Virus record (IMG/VR): IMGVR_UViG_3300005253_000098
Coordinates: 26,527 to 90,526 of that record
Reading direction: 5' to 3' (one strand)
Length of the DNA: 64,000 bases
Source of the DNA: a virus
The position numbers and the translations under genes were made by a program. Within the stretch, counting starts at the first letter, position 1. Each line of letters opens with the position of its first letter. The notes beneath the pieces were generated by a model, which ran no database searches, was not told the origin of the DNA, and saw only the letters and a program-made list of their open reading frames with translations. Shown here in pieces: positions 60,378 to 64,000 of this stretch.

Positions 60378-60836
60378 ATGAGCGAACAATTCAAACTCCA
60401 GGAAATCAAACTCAGTGATGCTGACAAAGCCGTCATTGCTGAAGATAAGATCCCACTCGGAAGAAACATGTTCGAGTTGCTCATGCATTCTCTTAAACTC
60501 CAAATAGATAATGTCCATGGACATACTGACTCTTACATGATCTGGTATGAGGACTGGGAAAAAGGAAACTTAACCAAGCCCGATCCTCCTATTAAAATTG
60601 GTCTAAAAGGTAAAAAGAAAAACATTCAAACCCATCAGCATATATCAGATTCAGATAAGGCAGGTAACACCCCTCATGCTGCATGGCATGTCCTCAATGA
60701 TATTTATATCGCTATTAATGAATTTGAGAGAGCTAAACATGAAGAGAAAACAGGCGAGCCTATGCCTGCACCTGTGGAAAAACCCAAGAAAACTCTGATT
60801 GGATTTAAAATTTCAAAACCTATCCCTAAACGATAG
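60378..60836 (+). CDS. Hypothetical protein
   Basis: ORF track. Confidence 0.65.
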   Translation: MSEQFKLQEIKLSDADKAVIAEDKIPLGRNMFELLMHSLKLQIDNVHGHTDSYMIWYEDWEKGNLTKPDPPIKIGLKGKKKNIQTHQHISDSDKAGNTPHAAWHVLNDIYIAINEFERAKHEEKTGEPMPAPVEKPKKTLIGFKISKPIPKR

Positions 60837-60839
60837 GAA

Positions 60840-61880
60840 GTGAACTACTTGAGTAAGAAACTTACCAAAAGAAAAGTGCTCTCTATCCCTAAGAAGAAAC
60901 CCGAGAGCAAAACTGCATCCGCTAATATAGAGACGCCAGCTGAGACATCCTCTGCTAATACGCCTCCAACTTATGAGCAGGTGCAGTCTGGAGCAAATGA
61001 AATGCTTCAGAAGGCAAGCACCCAGATAAAAGGGTTCGTGAAGCCTAAGTTAGCCAAGGATATAGCTCTCAAATGTCTGATCTCTGGACCTCCAGGCTCA
61101 GGTAAATCTATGTTTGGTTATGGTGTCCCTGCCTCTAAACTGGCTCCCATTTATGTCATCAGAACCAAGCCCCTTGATAGAACTATTCAGTTTTATGAGG
61201 AACGAGTAGAAGATGGTGTCATTCAAGTCTTCGAGACCTTCGACGGTTTAGAAGAAGATGAATGGAACATGGAAAGAGTGTCCGCTAATGTCCAGATAGC
61301 TACTCATCGATTAGCCAGGATAGAAGCTGGAACTGTCATCCTTGATGACGTAACCGACCACTACCAGGGCTTACAGTCATGGATGGAAAATCTAACTGAT
61401 GCCAAGCGAACCAAGTATGGAAAAGTTATTCGTATGGAATGGTCACGGATCTACGACCGATTGATTTCTGGTCTGATCCTGGTCTATCGTAAACCTAAGA
61501 TCCCTGTCTTCATTATGAGTCAGATCAAGGACGTCTTTGGAACCGATGCCGAAGTTAAGAAAGAAGAAGGACTAACGACACCACTACATGCCTCTCGTGC
61601 ACCAAAGGAGGTTGACCATCTGATTGATTATAAGATCGAGGTCGCATCGTATTACGATTATGGTCCTGAGATCTCTCAGTATGTGGATATCCCAACTACC
61701 GAGACCAAGGTTAACATAGCCACATTCAGGAAGGTTAGAGGCTGGGTTAATAACCCACGTCGAGATAGGTTCTACGACTTCGTGTATCCCCACCTTAAGA
61801 CCTATATGAATAATAAGGGTGTGAAATTCTATGAGCCCGAGGGTGCAGAGCCCTTCGTGCCAGCTAATAGGTTTGGATAG
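60840..61880 (+). CDS. P-loop ATPase, AAA_24/Sak4-like recombination protein
   Basis: LISGPPGSGKS (Walker A), TVILDD (Walker B), W..I, FIMSQ.K. Confidence 0.75.
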   Translation: MNYLSKKLTKRKVLSIPKKKPESKTASANIETPAETSSANTPPTYEQVQSGANEMLQKASTQIKGFVKPKLAKDIALKCLISGPPGSGKSMFGYGVPASKLAPIYVIRTKPLDRTIQFYEERVEDGVIQVFETFDGLEEDEWNMERVSANVQIATHRLARIEAGTVILDDVTDHYQGLQSWMENLTDAKRTKYGKVIRMEWSRIYDRLISGLILVYRKPKIPVFIMSQIKDVFGTDAEVKKEEGLTTPLHASRAPKEVDHLIDYKIEVASYYDYGPEISQYVDIPTTETKVNIATFRKVRGWVNNPRRDRFYDFVYPHLKTYMNNKGVKFYEPEGAEPFVPANRFG

Positions 61881-62048
61881 ATGACTGAGAGTTTCTGTGA
61901 CGAACCTAACTGTTTGAGCAAAGGCATTGACGAGTGTAACGACTGTAGAGATCAAAAGATCTATTGCGGAAAGCATTCTAAGGAACATGCCTCTGCATAC
62001 ACTCATATTATGATCAAATGGGTAGGTTTTCCACCGAAGCTTGTTTAG
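61881..62048 (+). CDS. B-box-like zinc-finger protein (55 aa)
   Basis: Manual call: FCDEPNC...CNDC....IYCGKHSKEH. Confidence 0.6.
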   Translation: MTESFCDEPNCLSKGIDECNDCRDQKIYCGKHSKEHASAYTHIMIKWVGFPPKLV

Positions 62049-62085
62049 TAACATATTTAAACTCTATCCTTTCTATATCTTTTTC

Positions 62086-62241
62086 ATGCCAACTCTTAAT
62101 GCAAGGCTGGCTAAAACCTATAGGAAAGGCGGTGAATCTCAAAGCGACTGCGTATCAAGGAAGATTTCAATCCTTAAAGGCGAACATCCCGACTGGGCAC
62201 ATAAACGAATCGTTGGTGCGGCTCAAGGGATGTGTAAATAA
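62086..62241 (+). CDS. Small phage-type protein
   Basis: GESQSDCVSR.I...EHPD...IVGAA.GMC. Confidence 0.55.
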   Translation: MPTLNARLAKTYRKGGESQSDCVSRKISILKGEHPDWAHKRIVGAAQGMCK

Positions 62242-62310
62242 ATGTAAACATTTGTTTTATCTCATGGGAGGAGGTTTTTGTAGTGATTTTCCCTCCTCCA
62301 AATTACCCAT

Positions 62311-62401
62311 GCCGGGATGGTATAGTCAGGGCTCACGCTCTGGTGGCTATTGCACTCTACTGAAAATAGAGAGACGTTGGTTCAAATCCAGCTCCGCGGC
62401 G
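62311..62401 (+). tRNA. tRNA-Phe(GAA), atypical (enlarged D-loop, bulged acceptor)
   Basis: GCCGGGA acceptor; CTCTA-CTGAAAA-TAGAG anticodon arm; GTTGG-TTCAAAT-CCAGC T-arm. Confidence 0.8.
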
Positions 62402-62422
62402 CTCTTTTCTAAAGTGATAATT

Positions 62423-62761
62423 ATGGTCGTAAGATTATTTAAAACCTCCGGAGAGATTATCCATCTTGAACGGAGGAACTATAAGTTAGCCGAGATGAAA
62501 GAACTACTTGAAATTAAGAACCTCGGTTACTATTTGATTGGTCGCAAAGACCCATGGCTCTACGTCTATTGTGACGATGATGGCTTAGCTAATGACCTCC
62601 CATTAAACACTGCCATTATGCAGTATCTATGGAGTAAAAGAAAATTCTGGTATCCTAACCCCATGGTTGGTAACTTTATTCTCTATGAGGATCAGACAGA
62701 ACTCCTTATCCACGATGGGCAGATCGATCCTGATACCGGTGAAAGAATAGAAGATGAGTAA
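62423..62761 (+). CDS. DUF3846-like protein
   Basis: YCDDDGL..DLPLN...MVGNFIL; start placed after the tRNA. Confidence 0.65.
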   Translation: MVVRLFKTSGEIIHLERRNYKLAEMKELLEIKNLGYYLIGRKDPWLYVYCDDDGLANDLPLNTAIMQYLWSKRKFWYPNPMVGNFILYEDQTELLIHDGQIDPDTGERIEDE

Positions 62762-63245
62762 TATGTCAGAACAAGAACAAGAGACTGTGAAGAAGAAGAA
62801 AAAGCTCACGCCTGAGCAGAAAAAGGAAAGAAATATGCGAAGAAAACTCATGCGTAAAGCAGCCAAACGGTATACTGTAAAGATCGATCCGAAACTTCTG
62901 AATGAGATATTTAGAGATGCATGGATTAACCCAGATGAGATGAAGATTGTCCAATGGGAACGATTGATCTTTAATCTATTAGTCAAGGCTAAGAGGAATA
63001 CTCCTCATCGCCCCGGCGATCAGAGATGTAAGTATGCCAGAACGAAAGAGGCTTTTGACTTAGCTTACCGAATAAAGATACATTTTGAGAGTAAGTATAT
63101 GTTCAGGATCTCTGGGTTATCCGACTATGATCGCTATGATTCATGGATGGAACGCTTTTTCATGTTGTTATATACCCAGTATAATCGAGATGTAACTGCC
63201 TCGAAGAAAGGATGGTTTATTCTGGAGAAGAAATGGAAACCATGA
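62754..63245 (+). CDS. Basic hypothetical protein
   Basis: ORF track. Confidence 0.65.
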   Translation: MSNMSEQEQETVKKKKKLTPEQKKERNMRRKLMRKAAKRYTVKIDPKLLNEIFRDAWINPDEMKIVQWERLIFNLLVKAKRNTPHRPGDQRCKYARTKEAFDLAYRIKIHFESKYMFRISGLSDYDRYDSWMERFFMLLYTQYNRDVTASKKGWFILEKKWKP

Positions 63246-63559
63246 CGGTAGACAGGAGATACGACTGCCCAAAATGTGGGAAGATAGATATCGGAGCCAA
63301 ATCTACATGGTTTGTGCTCAAAAAAATTATTGGACACCTTGAGAAACACGTTAAGGAAGACTCTCGTCCACTGGTTTACGAGCACGAGATGGAAGCCTAC
63401 AATCAGGTTCTCAAGCTGACTGAAGAGAAGATCGATGCCTCTATCGGGCTCAATAAAGAGAATAGTTTTTCTGATACTATGAAGTCAGCACTGCGTGATC
63501 TCGATGCTGAATTAAAAATCTACCCCGAAAAGAAAGAGAAGGATGAAGAACATGAGTGA
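63212..63559 (+). CDS. C2H2-like zinc-finger protein
   Basis: YDCPKCG...HLEKH. Confidence 0.6.
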   Translation: MVYSGEEMETMTVDRRYDCPKCGKIDIGAKSTWFVLKKIIGHLEKHVKEDSRPLVYEHEMEAYNQVLKLTEEKIDASIGLNKENSFSDTMKSALRDLDAELKIYPEKKEKDEEHE

Positions 63560-63776
63560 AGAAGAAGAATTTATTGTATGCTGTGAGCGAATGAAAGACT
63601 GTAAGGACAGGGAAGACCCCGAGGATTCTTGTTGTGTCTGCTCAGACAATTTCCAACTACCAGGTGAAGCTAATCGTATGTGTCCCGAGTGTTCAGTCGA
63701 TTACATCTCAGGGATGGCAGACCAGGCTCATGATGCTTACAAAGATAGGATATTAAGAAATGGTCTTAACACTTAA
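63543..63776 (+). CDS. Cys-rich protein
   Basis: Multiple Cys pairs. Confidence 0.55.
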   Translation: MKNMSEEEEFIVCCERMKDCKDREDPEDSCCVCSDNFQLPGEANRMCPECSVDYISGMADQAHDAYKDRILRNGLNT

Positions 63777-64000
63777 ATAGCCTGTATTATCATTTGTTAC
63801 TGTGATCTACTATGACCGATATAAATGAATACGATGACTATGTTCATCGTTTAGGAAAATTGGTGCCCGTCTATGTAATCGCACTGATTTTCGCAGTTGA
63901 ACCACTCCTGTATATCTTTCAGGGGGATGAGACCAAAGTCTTAGTGACTCTTCTACTCTTAGTGGTAGTTGTAGTATTGATATGGAATACCGAAGTGCGT

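Noticed and set aside
62018-62422. N-terminal part of ORF-track entry 62018..62761
   Set aside because: Runs through another small gene and the tRNA-Phe; the real start is probably 62423.
1-64000. Integrase or att site, IS element, intein, or stop-codon reassignment
   Set aside because: No recombinase, transposase or intein motifs recognised; long genes are intact under the standard code with all three stops used.

Overview
The window is about 64 kb of a tailed dsDNA virus genome (Caudoviricetes, siphovirus-like), most probably infecting an archaeon. GGTGA-type ribosome-binding sites, BRE/TATA-like promoters and archaeal-style tRNA T-arms support this, and a ubiquitin-like protein hints at an Asgard host (inference). 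Positions 1-28.1 kb (minus strand) hold a complete morphogenesis block: TerS, a phosphatase, TerL, portal, protease/scaffold, decoration protein, MCP, membrane proteins, neck proteins, a tail terminator fused to a repeat fibre, tail tube, a +1-frameshifted chaperone pair, tape measure, hub and a Dit-like protein. Embedded in it is an apparent virion post-translational modification kit: a radical SAM/SPASM enzyme near a hub protein ending in a ranthipeptide-like CxxxC tract, a GT2-TPR glycosyltransferase, and a CxxCxxCC protein next to a 27x14-aa Ser/Thr repeat fibre. Positions 28.1-64 kb (plus strand) hold mostly small ORFs rich in Zn fingers. This part includes a probable replication origin marked by an ACTCG/CGAGT polarity switch (~35.05 kb), an ncRNA cluster (tRNA-like RNA, an RNA with 11 heptamer repeats before a coiled-coil gene, two RNAs with covarying closing stems), a ubiquitin-like fusion, an apparently inactive C5 methyltransferase, a protein with permuted PolB motifs, an AAA_24/Sak4-like ATPase and an atypical tRNA-Phe. 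All calls come from motif reading and gene order only; no database searches were run.
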